Origin: Elusimicrobiota bacterium
GTDB taxonomy: Bacteria; Elusimicrobiota; Elusimicrobia; Elusimicrobiales; UBA9959
DNA: 64,000 nt
Direction: 5' to 3'
NCBI GenBank assembly: GCA_037137395.1
Contig: JBAXKK010000001.1
Location: 1-64,000 of the forward strand
Numbering within the stretch: position 1 is the first letter of the stretch; every line of letters begins with the position of its first letter. Positions 8,798-18,993 of the stretch are shown piece after piece. The translations under genes and the position numbers were made by a program. The notes beneath the pieces were generated by a model. It was not told the DNA's origin, searched no databases, and worked only from the letters and a program-made list of their open reading frames with translations.

Positions 8798-9786
8798 AGT
8801 CCTCTCAGTTTTTTTATTTGTTTTACCAGAGCGGAGAATTCCGGGATATTCAAGGTCTGGCGTCCATCGACCAGGGCTTTTTCCGGGCGCAGGCAGGCTT
8901 CTATCATGAGCCCGTCGGCGCCGGCTTTAACGGCGGCCAGAGCCTGGGCGCTCACCAGCGCCCGGTCGCCTGCCGCGTGGCTGGGATCAGCTATGACCGG
9001 CAGGGCTGTGGCTTTAAGGGCGGCGCGGAGGATCTCAAGATTCAGGCCGCGCCGGTCGGGTTTTGAGAAGGAATCTCCGCGTTCGCAGAGTATTACATCG
9101 CCATTGCCGTGCTTAAGCAGGTATTCAGCCGAGAGTAGCCATTCTTTCAGCGTGGCGCCCGGCGCGCGTTTCAGGAGGACAGGCAGGCCTGAGCGGGCGG
9201 CGGCCTTTAAAAGCTCGTAATTGCGCATGTTCCTGGCGCCTATCTGCGCGATGTCGCAAAACTTACTGATGGCGGCAAGCTGGCTTTCCGACGTGGCTTC
9301 GGTGACCGCGGGAAGTCCCGTGGCGCGCCTGACTTTTTTAATAATGCCGAACCCTTTCGCGCCGAGGCCCTGGAAAGCGTAAGGCGAAGTGCGCGGCTTG
9401 AATATCGCCGCCCTTAAGGCGCAGGCCCCGGCAGCTTTGAGCTTTATGGCGGAAGCGAGATAGGAGGCTTCATCTTCCACGGCGCAGGGGCCGGCTATCA
9501 GGATAAAATTTTTGCGATCAGTTTTTTTGAACAATGCGTTCAGATCAGGCGGCGCGGCTTTAACGACCATAGGGCAGGCTTCGCCTATTGAAAACTCCGT
9601 GGAAAATACGCCCGGGAGGTTCTCGATGGCGGCGCTTTGTTCGCTCAGTAGTTCGGGCGCGGGAGTCTGCACCGTGATAAAACCGCGTCCCCTTATGAAA
9701 GCAACGGAAGGCAGCAGTTCCGTGAGAGCGTGGCAAAGGCGGTCAAAATCTTTGGCTTTAATGCCCGGCTTGAGTTTTATTATCAT
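8794..9786 (-). CDS. aroF: DAHP synthase class I-beta with N-terminal regulatory domain
   Basis: IAGPCAVE, KPRTSPYAFQG, IGARNM, CERG, DPSH. Confidence 0.92.
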   Translation of the reverse strand: MIIKLKPGIKAKDFDRLCHALTELLPSVAFIRGRGFITVQTPAPELLSEQSAAIENLPGVFSTEFSIGEACPMVVKAAPPDLNALFKKTDRKNFILIAGPCAVEDEASYLASAIKLKAAGACALRAAIFKPRTSPYAFQGLGAKGFGIIKKVRRATGLPAVTEATSESQLAAISKFCDIAQIGARNMRNYELLKAAARSGLPVLLKRAPGATLKEWLLSAEYLLKHGNGDVILCERGDSFSKPDRRGLNLEILRAALKATALPVIADPSHAAGDRALVSAQALAAVKAGADGLMIEACLRPEKALVDGRQTLNIPEFSALVKQIKKLRGL

Positions 9787-9793
9787 ATCGCGG

Positions 9794-10078
9794 TCAGGCT
9801 GACGGTTTTAATCTGCCAGGTCGTTTGGTGGCTTGCTGCAGGCTACGTCCCTGCTTTATGAGTTCCCGGTATACGGCCAACACTGCCGGCCGCAATTCGC
9901 GGTTCTTTACGAGGCTAGCCACGCGTCTGAGAACGGAGGCTTCACGCGCAGAGTCCCGCACCTTCTTTTTTAATCCAGTCATGGACGCGGCCACGGAGAG
10001 CCTTTCGGCCAGCATCCCCGCCAGGAGGCTGTCTATGGCGTCTATTTTCTTCCTCTTATCTTTCAGCGGATTCCCCAT
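9794..10078 (-). CDS. Chorismate mutase (CM_2 type), monofunctional
   Basis: L...RKKIDAID..L...LAER, VRDSARE motif; first gene of the aro operon. Confidence 0.88.
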   Translation of the reverse strand: MGNPLKDKRKKIDAIDSLLAGMLAERLSVAASMTGLKKKVRDSAREASVLRRVASLVKNRELRPAVLAVYRELIKQGRSLQQATKRPGRLKPSA

Positions 10079-10296
10079 GATAAAGTAATTCTATTAAATT
10101 TAGCGGCCGTCTGATAGGGCGCCAAGCGGGTGATGCGGTACATTAATTCAAATATCTTGTAGAATATTGATGTGGTGTAACTGTTTAGCAACTCATTACA
10201 GGGTGTTAAAGCTAATACGAGGGTAAGAGGGGTGTTCGGACCGAAGACGGCAGCCCTCTTCCGGCAGTGAGGCTGTTTACCAGTTGGAGGAAATCA

Positions 10297-11433
10297 GTGA
10301 GAAAATCAATATTTACCCCTATTTTTTTTATAACGGCTTTAACGCCATTTTTTGTCGCGGGCTGTTCTGATAAAAACTCCAAAACTACGGCAGGATTGCC
10401 TGAGGTTGCAGTTCGGGTGGGGGAGGTTTTGGTAAAAACCGTCCCCGTGACCGTGGAAGTGGTGGGAACAGTGGAAGCTTATAACTCCGTGCCGGTGCTT
10501 CCCCGCGTAACCGGGCAGATTATTAAAAGCCATTTCAAAGAGGGTCAGGCCGTCGCCGCCGGGGAACTTTTGTTCAGTATCGATTCCGCCCCGTTTGATC
10601 AAAAACTAAAAGAGGCCGCGGGGCAGCTTGCCGTGAACCAGTCGAAGCTTAAGTTCAGCAAGGCCCAGGCGGAGCGGTTTACTTTTCTGTTGGAGAGGGG
10701 GGCGATATCCCGTTCTGAGTGCGACAAAAGTCAGTCCGAGGCTGTTCAGCTCGAACAGACCGTGGAGTCGGATAAAGCGGCGGCGGAGCAGGCGCGGCTA
10801 AATCTTTCCTACTGCGAAGTGCGCGCTCCTGTTTCCGGCAGGGCCGGGAGTTTTCTCGCCGACCAAGGGTCGGTCGTGGAGGCTTTCAAAACCAGGCTCG
10901 TGCAGATTAACCAGATTCAGCCCGCGAAGGTCGTGTTTTCGGTGTCGGAGAAATATTTGCCCGATATGAAGAGTCTGATGTCTCACGGAGCCCGAGCTGT
11001 CTCCGTGTCCATTCCCGGAACAGCGCTGAAGTGTGATGACGGGAGAATTTCCTTCCTCGACAATTCCGTAGACCAGGGAACCGGCATGGTGCGGCTCAAG
11101 GCGGAGTTTCCCAATAAAGATACGCTGCTCTGGCCTGGGCAATTCGTGCGTGTGGTGGTGCTCATCGCCAATCTCCCGAATGCGGTCGTGGCTCCGGCCG
11201 AAGCGGTGCAGGCCAATCAGACGGGCAGCTATGTTTTTGTCGTGAAATCCGACGACACTGTCGAGCTTAGGCCGGTTACCGTGGACAGGGCTTATGGTTC
11301 GCTCGCTGTGGTGAGCCTGGGGCTGGCGGCGGGAGAAATAGTGGTGACGGACGGTCAGAATAAACTTAAGGGCGGCCGCAAAGTTAAGGTGCTCGCCGCG
11401 GACCAGGCCGGCGGCGCTCCCGCGGGCAGGTAA
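10297..11433 (+). CDS. RND efflux membrane fusion lipoprotein (MdtA-like)
   Basis: GTG with GGAGG RBS, VAGC lipobox, hairpin/lipoyl pattern, LWPGQF. Confidence 0.9.
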   Translation: MRKSIFTPIFFITALTPFFVAGCSDKNSKTTAGLPEVAVRVGEVLVKTVPVTVEVVGTVEAYNSVPVLPRVTGQIIKSHFKEGQAVAAGELLFSIDSAPFDQKLKEAAGQLAVNQSKLKFSKAQAERFTFLLERGAISRSECDKSQSEAVQLEQTVESDKAAAEQARLNLSYCEVRAPVSGRAGSFLADQGSVVEAFKTRLVQINQIQPAKVVFSVSEKYLPDMKSLMSHGARAVSVSIPGTALKCDDGRISFLDNSVDQGTGMVRLKAEFPNKDTLLWPGQFVRVVVLIANLPNAVVAPAEAVQANQTGSYVFVVKSDDTVELRPVTVDRAYGSLAVVSLGLAAGEIVVTDGQNKLKGGRKVKVLAADQAGGAPAGR

Positions 11434-11440
11434 ATTCCAC

Positions 11441-14400
11441 GTGAATATCTCAGAAATCTGGATACGCCGGCCCGTCATGACAACGCTTGTCATGGGCGGG
11501 ATACTTCTCTTCGGACTGCTTAGCTACCGCAAACTTCCAGTTAATAATCTTCCGGACGTGGACTTCCCCACTATATGTGTAACAGCCGCCCTTCCCGGGG
11601 CGAGTCCCGAGACCATGGCTTCCACGGTCGCCACTCCGCTGGAAAAACAATTCTCCACTATCGCCGGCATCGAGTCTATGACGTCGGCGAGCACGCTTGG
11701 CGCCACCACCATCAATATCCAGTTTTCTCTTAACCGCAAAATAGACGCCGCCGCGCTCGACGTCAATTCCGCTATTTCCGCCGCGCTGGGCGTGTTGCCG
11801 CGCAATATGCCCAACCCGCCCACCTATCAAAAGGTTAATCCCGCCGACATGCCGATAAGTTTTATCGCGCTGACTTCGGAGAGCCTGCCGGTCACGGCAC
11901 TTAACGATTTTGCGGAGAATGTTCTTATAGCCCATCTTTCTTCCATTGACGGAGTAGGTCTGGTGGATCTGATTCCGTCGCAGCGATACGCGGTGCGCGT
12001 GCAGATCAATCCGGACCTCCTTGCCAAACGCGGCGTGGGAATTAACGAGGTCGTAAAGGCTTTGCAGAACGGCAATGTTAATATGCCGGGCGGCACGCTC
12101 AACGGGCCGCGCACCTCTTATACGCTGGAGTCAAACGGCCAGCTTAGCAGCGCTGCGGAATATAACTCGCTCATCGTCAGTTATCAGAACGGATATCCGC
12201 TGCGGATACAGGATCTGGGTAGGGCGGTGGATGGTGTGGAAAACGAGCGGTCGGCTGGCGCGTATTATAAAGACGGCAAAAGGCACCCCGCCATTATCGT
12301 TCGCGTGCGCAAGCAGATTGGCGCCAATACGGTGATGGTGGCTCAAAAGGTAAAGGCTAAGCTTGCAGAACTTAGGGCCGGCATGCCCGGCGCGATGAGC
12401 CTCAACCTTTGTTATGACCAGTCTGAGTTTATCCGGGAATCAATCAACGACATGCAGTTGACGATGCTCCTGACGATCGGGCTGGTTGTGGCGGTGGTAT
12501 TTGTTTTTATACGCGCTCTGCGGCCCACTATTATTCCCAGTCTGACGGTTCCTCTGTCGCTGGTGGCGGTTTTTCCGCTTATGGTATTGCTTGGCTACAC
12601 GCTTAACAATCTTTCCCTGATGGCCCTTACTTTGGCAATCGGGTTCGTGGTTGACGACGCGATAGTGGTGCTGGAAAATATTATCCGCCGCATGGAGGCG
12701 GGGGAGACGGCCATGGAGGCCTCGCTGCGGGGTTCGCGCGAAATCGGCTTTACAATTTTTTCCATGACGCTGTCGCTCGCCATAGTTTTTATCCCGATCA
12801 TGTTCATGGATGGCATTCTTGGGCGCCTTTTCCGTGAATTTTCCGTCTGCATCACGGCCGCTATCCTGTGTTCGGGTTTTCTTTCCCTCACGCTGACTCC
12901 GATGATGGCGGCCCGCATGCTTGCCGGTTTTGCTCAAACAAAACACGGCCGATTTTTTACGGCTACCGAGCGGGCTTTTGACCGGCTGCGGGGGGCTTAT
13001 GAGAGGAGCCTGCGCCGGATGATGGATCACCGCGGAGCGGCACTGCTATTAACCGCGGCCGTCACCTTAGCGATGGTGATTGTTTTTCGCGCCCTGCCCA
13101 AAGGATTCATTCCGCCGCAGGACCAGTATTTCTTCCGCATATTTTCACAGGTGGACGATAAAACTTCGTTCAGCGACATGGCGCGGCATCAGCAGATCCT
13201 GGACGATATTTTGCTGCAGGATCCGGATATCGCCGGAGCTGAGTTCGCTTCCATCGTCGGCATGGGCGGAGACAATAAGGCCCTAATCTTCGTGAGCCTG
13301 AAACCCAGAGGGCAGCGCAAGCACACGGTGGATGAGATCATCGCCCGGCTCCGGCCTAAGCTGAACCAGGTGCCCGGACTGGTGGTGTCGCTTGTGAACC
13401 CTCCGGTTATCTCGATCGGCTCGCGGCTGGCGACGGCTCAATGGCAGTTCACGCTGCAGTCCACCGATATAGACGGGCTCTATAAATATGGCGCGCAGTT
13501 GGAGGATAGGCTGCGCTCTATCCCCGCCCTGACGGATGTGAAGTCCGACCTTGAGATACGCAAGCCAAAGATTACCATTGAAATTGACAGGGACAAAGCC
13601 TCGCTGCTCGGCCTCTCGCTTGAGCAGGTGCAGGACGCGTTCTTCTCGGCTTACGGCTCGCGGCAAGTGTCCACCATTTTTACCGCTACTAATTTTTACT
13701 ATGTCATAGCGGAGCTCGCGCCCGAGTTCCGGCAGAACCCGGTGTCGCTTGATAAGCTCTATCTTAAATCTTCCGGCGGAAATCTGGTGCCGCTTGGAAC
13801 GGTGGCTAAACTTAATCAGACGGTCGCGCCCCTTTCAGTGAACCATTCGGGGCAGATCCCCTCCGCCACCATAGCGTTCAACCTTAAACCGGGGGCCTCC
13901 ATCGGCCCGGCGATGGAAGAAATTAACCGCTGCGCCCGCGAAATTCTGCCCGCGGGCATCAGCACGGGTTTCCAGGGAACGGCGCAGGCTTTCAAATCTT
14001 CGCTTTCCAGCATGGGTTTTTTGCTGTTCATCACCGTGATACTCATTTACATGGTACTCGGCATTCTGTACGAGAGCTTTATCCACCCGCTTACGATCCT
14101 GACCGCTTTGCCGTTGGCCGGCTTTGGCGCTCTGGCCGCGCTCAAGGCGCTTAACATGGAATTAGACATGTACGCCTATGTAGGCATAATTATGCTGGTG
14201 GGAATAGTAAAAAAGAACGGCATTATGATGGTTGATTTCGCCCTTGAGGCTGAGCGCGCCGAAAATCTGGGCTCCGAACAGTCCATCATCAAGGCTTGTC
14301 TGACGCGCTTTAGGCCTATTCTTATGACGACTTTCGCGGCCATCTTTGGTACGCTCCCGATCGCGCTGGGGCTGGGCGCTGGCGGCGAGGCCCGGCAATC

Positions 14401-14551
14401 CCTCGGAGTCGCGGTAGTGGGCGGGCTTGTGTTTTCGCAGTTGTTCACACTTTATATAACCCCGGTCTTTTATGTTTACATGGACGGATTGTCCCGCTGG
14501 GTGGCGCAGCGAAGCGCTCGGCGCGCGCGATCCGCTGGAGGCGGTTTATGA
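11441..14551 (+). CDS. RND efflux permease (MdtB/MdtC-like)
   Basis: IRRPVMT, PDVDFP, GFVVDDAIVVLEN, GIVKKN, RFRPILMTT. Confidence 0.95.
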   Translation: MNISEIWIRRPVMTTLVMGGILLFGLLSYRKLPVNNLPDVDFPTICVTAALPGASPETMASTVATPLEKQFSTIAGIESMTSASTLGATTINIQFSLNRKIDAAALDVNSAISAALGVLPRNMPNPPTYQKVNPADMPISFIALTSESLPVTALNDFAENVLIAHLSSIDGVGLVDLIPSQRYAVRVQINPDLLAKRGVGINEVVKALQNGNVNMPGGTLNGPRTSYTLESNGQLSSAAEYNSLIVSYQNGYPLRIQDLGRAVDGVENERSAGAYYKDGKRHPAIIVRVRKQIGANTVMVAQKVKAKLAELRAGMPGAMSLNLCYDQSEFIRESINDMQLTMLLTIGLVVAVVFVFIRALRPTIIPSLTVPLSLVAVFPLMVLLGYTLNNLSLMALTLAIGFVVDDAIVVLENIIRRMEAGETAMEASLRGSREIGFTIFSMTLSLAIVFIPIMFMDGILGRLFREFSVCITAAILCSGFLSLTLTPMMAARMLAGFAQTKHGRFFTATERAFDRLRGAYERSLRRMMDHRGAALLLTAAVTLAMVIVFRALPKGFIPPQDQYFFRIFSQVDDKTSFSDMARHQQILDDILLQDPDIAGAEFASIVGMGGDNKALIFVSLKPRGQRKHTVDEIIARLRPKLNQVPGLVVSLVNPPVISIGSRLATAQWQFTLQSTDIDGLYKYGAQLEDRLRSIPALTDVKSDLEIRKPKITIEIDRDKASLLGLSLEQVQDAFFSAYGSRQVSTIFTATNFYYVIAELAPEFRQNPVSLDKLYLKSSGGNLVPLGTVAKLNQTVAPLSVNHSGQIPSATIAFNLKPGASIGPAMEEINRCAREILPAGISTGFQGTAQAFKSSLSSMGFLLFITVILIYMVLGILYESFIHPLTILTALPLAGFGALAALKALNMELDMYAYVGIIMLVGIVKKNGIMMVDFALEAERAENLGSEQSIIKACLTRFRPILMTTFAAIFGTLPIALGLGAGGEARQSLGVAVVGGLVFSQLFTLYITPVFYVYMDGLSRWVAQRSARRARSAGGGL

Positions 14552-15186
14552 GACGCTCAGGGGATAGTTTGTTCAGCGCGGCCTTTCCGTTCAATGAACT
14601 TTTTCGCAGGCAGGGGGGGAGGCTTGCGGAGAGCGCCGCCGTGCTAGATTCTATTTTTAACGAGTTCAAAGATGTCAGCGGCAAGTGCGCCCGCATTCAC
14701 GCTCTTGCGTCTGAGGCCGACCTGGACGCGCGGGAGATAACGCGACAGCTTTCGCTCGTTCTTATTCTGCAGGGCGACCGCGGCGATATTCACGAACTCA
14801 ATATGGCGTTTGAATCGTCCTGCAACTCTGTGAAGGCGGCCGCCGCGCGCATCGGCCTTTACGGTTTTGCGGAGATTCGGGCTTCCGCGAGGGAACTGAC
14901 AAAAGACCTTGTGGGAATGTCGGCCGAGATTCAGAAGATGCTTGAGATAATGGGCCGCGGCACCGGCGCGCAGGAGGCGGCGCGCGGCGCGGTGAAAATA
15001 CGCAGGGAGGCGGAAAGCTTTCTGCTTGTGGGGCTGGGCGAGCTCTATGAACAGCAGGATATCAAGGCTGATGTGGTACTGGATATCGTGAAGTGGTCGC
15101 AGATATATGACCGTCTTGAGGATGCGCTCAACCGCGTCGAGCGCGTTGCCCAGATCATAGAGGGCATAACGCTTAAACAGTTGTAA
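14548..15186 (+). CDS. DUF47 / PhoU-like phosphate-transport-regulator family protein
   Basis: F.ELF, EAD, DRGDI..L, KW..IY..LE.A...E pattern; ATGA overlap with the permease. Confidence 0.75.
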   Translation: MRRSGDSLFSAAFPFNELFRRQGGRLAESAAVLDSIFNEFKDVSGKCARIHALASEADLDAREITRQLSLVLILQGDRGDIHELNMAFESSCNSVKAAAARIGLYGFAEIRASARELTKDLVGMSAEIQKMLEIMGRGTGAQEAARGAVKIRREAESFLLVGLGELYEQQDIKADVVLDIVKWSQIYDRLEDALNRVERVAQIIEGITLKQL

Positions 15187-15248
15187 GAGTTGCGAAACCT
15201 TACACTTTAACCATAGAGAACCGAAACTTGCCGAAAAACGGGGACGAA

Positions 15249-16565
15249 ATGTTGAAAATAGTAATACAATTTTTTCTTTTCTCGATATTGTTGCCGGCGC
15301 TGCAGCCTGTATCCGGCCGGTCCGCTGAGACGGCTGATTTGACGGTGGTGGAAGGGTCAACCCTGACGCTGTCACGCTGTCTCGACATCGCCCTTGCCAA
15401 CGCCCCGGATATTAAGGGCGCGGAATTCACGGTTCGAGCCGGTCGCGCCCGTCTTAAAGAGGCTCAGGCCGGCTGGTATCCGTCGGCAAATATAAATGCC
15501 GGTTATACAGTAAACAGGGCGGTGCATAAAAATATCGCCGATCTGTTCAGCTCGAATATCGCCACATATGACGCCAGGTCCGCGGGGCTTGCCGTTAACC
15601 AGATGCTGTATGATTTCGGGCGGACAAAGGCCGCCGCGGGAATCAGCGCCGATTCGTTGGGTTTCGCGCAGCGCGGCAAAGAGCACGCCGTGCTTTCTCT
15701 GGTGACGAACGTGAAGATGAATTACTACGGCTTGCTGGGGGCTCAGCGGCTGCGCGAGGTGCAGAAAGAAACTGTCGCACAATACAATAAACAGCTTCTT
15801 GTGGCGCAGTCGCATTTTTCAGCGGGAACAAAACCGAAATACGATGTGACCAAGGCCGAGGTTGATTTGAGCAACGCCCGGCTGCAGCTTATACAGGCGG
15901 AGCATCAGGTTCAGCTCGCCCGCGCCGCGCTTAACGCGGCCATGAACAAGATCTCCGCTCCTGATTATTTTATTGAAGATGCCTTAGATTATGTTAAGCT
16001 GGAGATCGCGTTCGACGATATAGTGGCGGCGGCCAGCGGCTTTAATCCGGAAATAAAAGCGCAGGAAGAAGTTATACAAGCCGGCCAACATAAATTAATT
16101 TTATCCCGCTCAAATTATTATCCCGTTTTGAAAGGGTTCGCCGGATATGATTTTTTCGGCAGCGTCTCGCCGCTTTCCGAGGGCTGGAACGCGGGGCTTG
16201 CTGTGTCTATGAATTTGTTTAACGGGTTTTCGGATAATAATAAACTGGCGGAAGCGGAGAACAACCTGAGCGCCGACCGCATGAAACTGGATAATCTTAA
16301 ACTTCTCATCTCCCTAGAGGCTCGGCAGTCGTTCCTCTCTTTGCAGAACGCGGAGGATTCCATAGAATCCGCGACTCTTCAGGTGAAACAGGCCACGGAA
16401 AACATGGAGATTGCCACCGCCCGTTACGAAACCGGGCTCGGCAGCCCCGTGGAAGTGGCTGACGCCACGGTGTCCTACGGCAAAGCCAAGCAGGCTCTTA
16501 TTCAGGCGCTTTACGACTACAAAGGATCACAGACCGATATTGAAAAGATTATGGGTAAAAAATAA
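15249..16565 (+). CDS. TolC-family outer-membrane efflux protein
   Basis: Signal peptide, ALANAP, YP motifs, LYDFG, duplicated OEP halves, RYETG. Confidence 0.9.
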   Translation: MLKIVIQFFLFSILLPALQPVSGRSAETADLTVVEGSTLTLSRCLDIALANAPDIKGAEFTVRAGRARLKEAQAGWYPSANINAGYTVNRAVHKNIADLFSSNIATYDARSAGLAVNQMLYDFGRTKAAAGISADSLGFAQRGKEHAVLSLVTNVKMNYYGLLGAQRLREVQKETVAQYNKQLLVAQSHFSAGTKPKYDVTKAEVDLSNARLQLIQAEHQVQLARAALNAAMNKISAPDYFIEDALDYVKLEIAFDDIVAAASGFNPEIKAQEEVIQAGQHKLILSRSNYYPVLKGFAGYDFFGSVSPLSEGWNAGLAVSMNLFNGFSDNNKLAEAENNLSADRMKLDNLKLLISLEARQSFLSLQNAEDSIESATLQVKQATENMEIATARYETGLGSPVEVADATVSYGKAKQALIQALYDYKGSQTDIEKIMGKK

Positions 16566-16740
16566 GAGTATTGCTCCGGCACTTGCATTGTCCGTGCGGG
16601 CAAAGTTATGGTTTTTACAAAATCACACAGACTTTTTGTATTATAGATAGGCGGGAATCCGCGCAAATAGTTTCCAGGAGATTGGAAGTTTTAAGCGTGC
16701 AACCTGCGGCAGTCCGGGCTCATGTCGCCCCGAATCAAAT

Positions 16741-17862
16741 ATGGCAGAACTTGAATTTAAAGATATAGCAAACAAACTGGAACATCTCGATAAGTTTTTG
16801 GGAGATGTCACGCGGCTTTACGGCCTCGAGAAGAAGCGCGAAGAGCTCAATAAAAAGGAAGCCGGGGCGTCTTCAGCCGATTTCTGGACCAACACCGAGA
16901 AAGCGCAGGCTCACCTTAAAGAATTAAACGATATCAAGAAAGATATAACTCTCATAGACGGCATAAAGACGGAGCTTGAGGATTTTAAAGTGCACTTTGA
17001 GCTGGCGCGCGACTCAAATGACGCCGCCGAGCTGGCTGTGGTCATGTCCGGCCTCAATCAAACCGAAAAAAACCTTTCCGCTCTGGATTTTGAGCTCAAA
17101 CTTTCAGACCCCCTGGACAAGGAGGACGGCATAATCAGCATTCATTCCGGCGCCGGCGGCACCGAGGCGTGCGACTGGGCCCAGATGTTGCTTCGGATGT
17201 ACACGCGCTGGGCGCAGAACAGGGGTTTCACTTTCAGCATCACCGACATTCTGCAGGGAGAAGAGGCCGGCGTAAAAAGCGTGACCGCTTTTGTAAAGGG
17301 CAAGTACGCTTACGGCTACCTTAAGAGCGAGATAGGCGTGCATCGGCTGGTGCGCATCTCGCCGTTTGACGCAAATAAAAGGCGCCATACCTCTTTCGCT
17401 TCCATAGATGTATTGGCCGATATCGGTGAAGAAATAGAGATAAAAATAGAGGATAAAGATATAAAGCTCGACACTTTCCGCTCAGGCGGGGCCGGCGGCC
17501 AGAATGTCAATAAAGTGGAGACCGCGGTGCGCCTTACTCATATCCCCAGCGGCATAGTCGTGGCCTGCCAGATAGAGCGCTCGCAGCATCAGAACCGCGA
17601 GACTGCCATGAAGATGCTTAAAGCCAAACTCTATGAGGTGGAGATGGATAAGAAACGCTCCGAGCAGGAGCGCCATTACGATGCGAAAGGCGATATCGGC
17701 TGGGGCCACCAGATACGGTCTTATGTTTTTATGCCTTACCAGCTGGTCAAAGACATGCGCACTGATTTTGAAACTTCTCAGATAGACGCGGTTATGGACG
17801 GCAACCTGGACGGCTTCATGCATTCATTCCTTACCTGGCGCGCCGCCGCTAAAAAGCAATAA
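16741..17862 (+). CDS. prfB: Peptide chain release factor 2 (uninterrupted ORF)
   Basis: [13 protein letters not shown] anticodon motif, GGQ. Confidence 0.97.
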   Translation: MAELEFKDIANKLEHLDKFLGDVTRLYGLEKKREELNKKEAGASSADFWTNTEKAQAHLKELNDIKKDITLIDGIKTELEDFKVHFELARDSNDAAELAVVMSGLNQTEKNLSALDFELKLSDPLDKEDGIISIHSGAGGTEACDWAQMLLRMYTRWAQNRGFTFSITDILQGEEAGVKSVTAFVKGKYAYGYLKSEIGVHRLVRISPFDANKRRHTSFASIDVLADIGEEIEIKIEDKDIKLDTFRSGGAGGQNVNKVETAVRLTHIPSGIVVACQIERSQHQNRETAMKMLKAKLYEVEMDKKRSEQERHYDAKGDIGWGHQIRSYVFMPYQLVKDMRTDFETSQIDAVMDGNLDGFMHSFLTWRAAAKKQ

Positions 17863-17909
17863 TCCGGGTATTGAATGTGCCAGATATTATTTCCGTTTTA
17901 CGGCCTATT

Positions 17910-18710
17910 ATGTTCATAGACACTCATTCCCATCTTAACGATAAATCGTTCGACGCCGACCGCGCCGGCGTCATTGACAAGGCTTTCAGGAGCGGGGTAA
18001 CCAGAATAATCGAGATAGCCTGCGCCGCCGCGGAATGGGGGCCGGCCGAGGATCTTTGCGCCTCGCACAAAGGCATGATGCGCGCCGCTTTTGGCATCCA
18101 CCCGCAATACGCCGAAGATCTGACACCTGAAAATCTCACTAAGCTTTCAGGCTTTTTGAAAAAAGATATTTGCGCCGCGATCGGAGAGATAGGCCTGGAT
18201 TATTACTGGGATAATTCCAAAAAAGAGGCCCAGTTTAAAACGCTGGACGCCCAGCTGGAGATGTCTAACTCATCGGGCCGCGTCTGCGTCTTCCACGCCA
18301 GGAACGGTAAAGAAGCCAAAACTGATAACGCTTATCTTGATCTTATCCTTAAGTTGAAAGAAAAATGGACTCTCAATAATCATAAGCGGGCGCGCGGGGT
18401 TCTCCATTGCTTCTCAGGGACCTGGGAAGACGCCAGAGCGGGTCTGGACCTGGGCATGTTCCTGGGTGTTAACGGAACATTTACCTATAAAAAAAATTAT
18501 GACTTGCGCGCGATAATTAAAAAAGCGGGTTTCGCTAATATAGTTTTAGAGACGGATTGCCCGTATCTGCCGGTGCAGAGTATGCGCGGCAAAAGGAACG
18601 ACCCTTCAAGCATTCCCGAAATCGGCCGTGCTGCGGCGGAATACCTCGGAGTGAAGCCGGAAGGCCTGGCGGAATTCACCTGCGTCAACGCCGAAGAACT
18701 GTTCTTTTAA
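17910..18710 (+). CDS. tatD: TatD-family hydrolase/nuclease
   Basis: DTHSH, GEIGLDY, HCFSG, LETDCP. Confidence 0.92.
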   Translation: MFIDTHSHLNDKSFDADRAGVIDKAFRSGVTRIIEIACAAAEWGPAEDLCASHKGMMRAAFGIHPQYAEDLTPENLTKLSGFLKKDICAAIGEIGLDYYWDNSKKEAQFKTLDAQLEMSNSSGRVCVFHARNGKEAKTDNAYLDLILKLKEKWTLNNHKRARGVLHCFSGTWEDARAGLDLGMFLGVNGTFTYKKNYDLRAIIKKAGFANIVLETDCPYLPVQSMRGKRNDPSSIPEIGRAAAEYLGVKPEGLAEFTCVNAEELFF

Positions 18711-18895
18711 TCTGAATCCTGCAGTTTTAAGGTATATCTCATTGATGAAATTAAGGAACAGAATTATTCTGCAGGATTCCCCGCAGTAGCGGGGCGAGGA
18801 TCAAGCGCTATGCGCGATGTATCCGAGAAGATGTAGGTCTCCCGAATGGGCGCCCGCTATGCGGGCGGGAAGTTACAACTGCAACTTTCAGGCTA
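18708..18895. repeat. Structured ~188-bp dispersed element (MITE-like or ncRNA), copy 1
   Basis: Homologous to 59173-59357; TA-bounded imperfect 19-bp terminal inverted repeats; internal stems. Confidence 0.85.
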
Positions 18896-18993
18896 ATCGG
18901 TATTTTATATACTTTAAAAGTCTTATTGGCGAAAGATTAGAAAATATTTGCAAGTTTTCAAGCCTTAGCTTTCAGCTTTCCCAGGCGGAATAA

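Noticed and set aside
10210..10262. Guanidine-III riboswitch
   Set aside because: ACGAGG and AGACGGC fragments are present but the required pseudoknot pairings are not.
18711..18993. SAM or cobalamin riboswitch upstream of metH
   Set aside because: No SAM-I or B12-box core motifs seen, and the structured part recurs upstream of secA.
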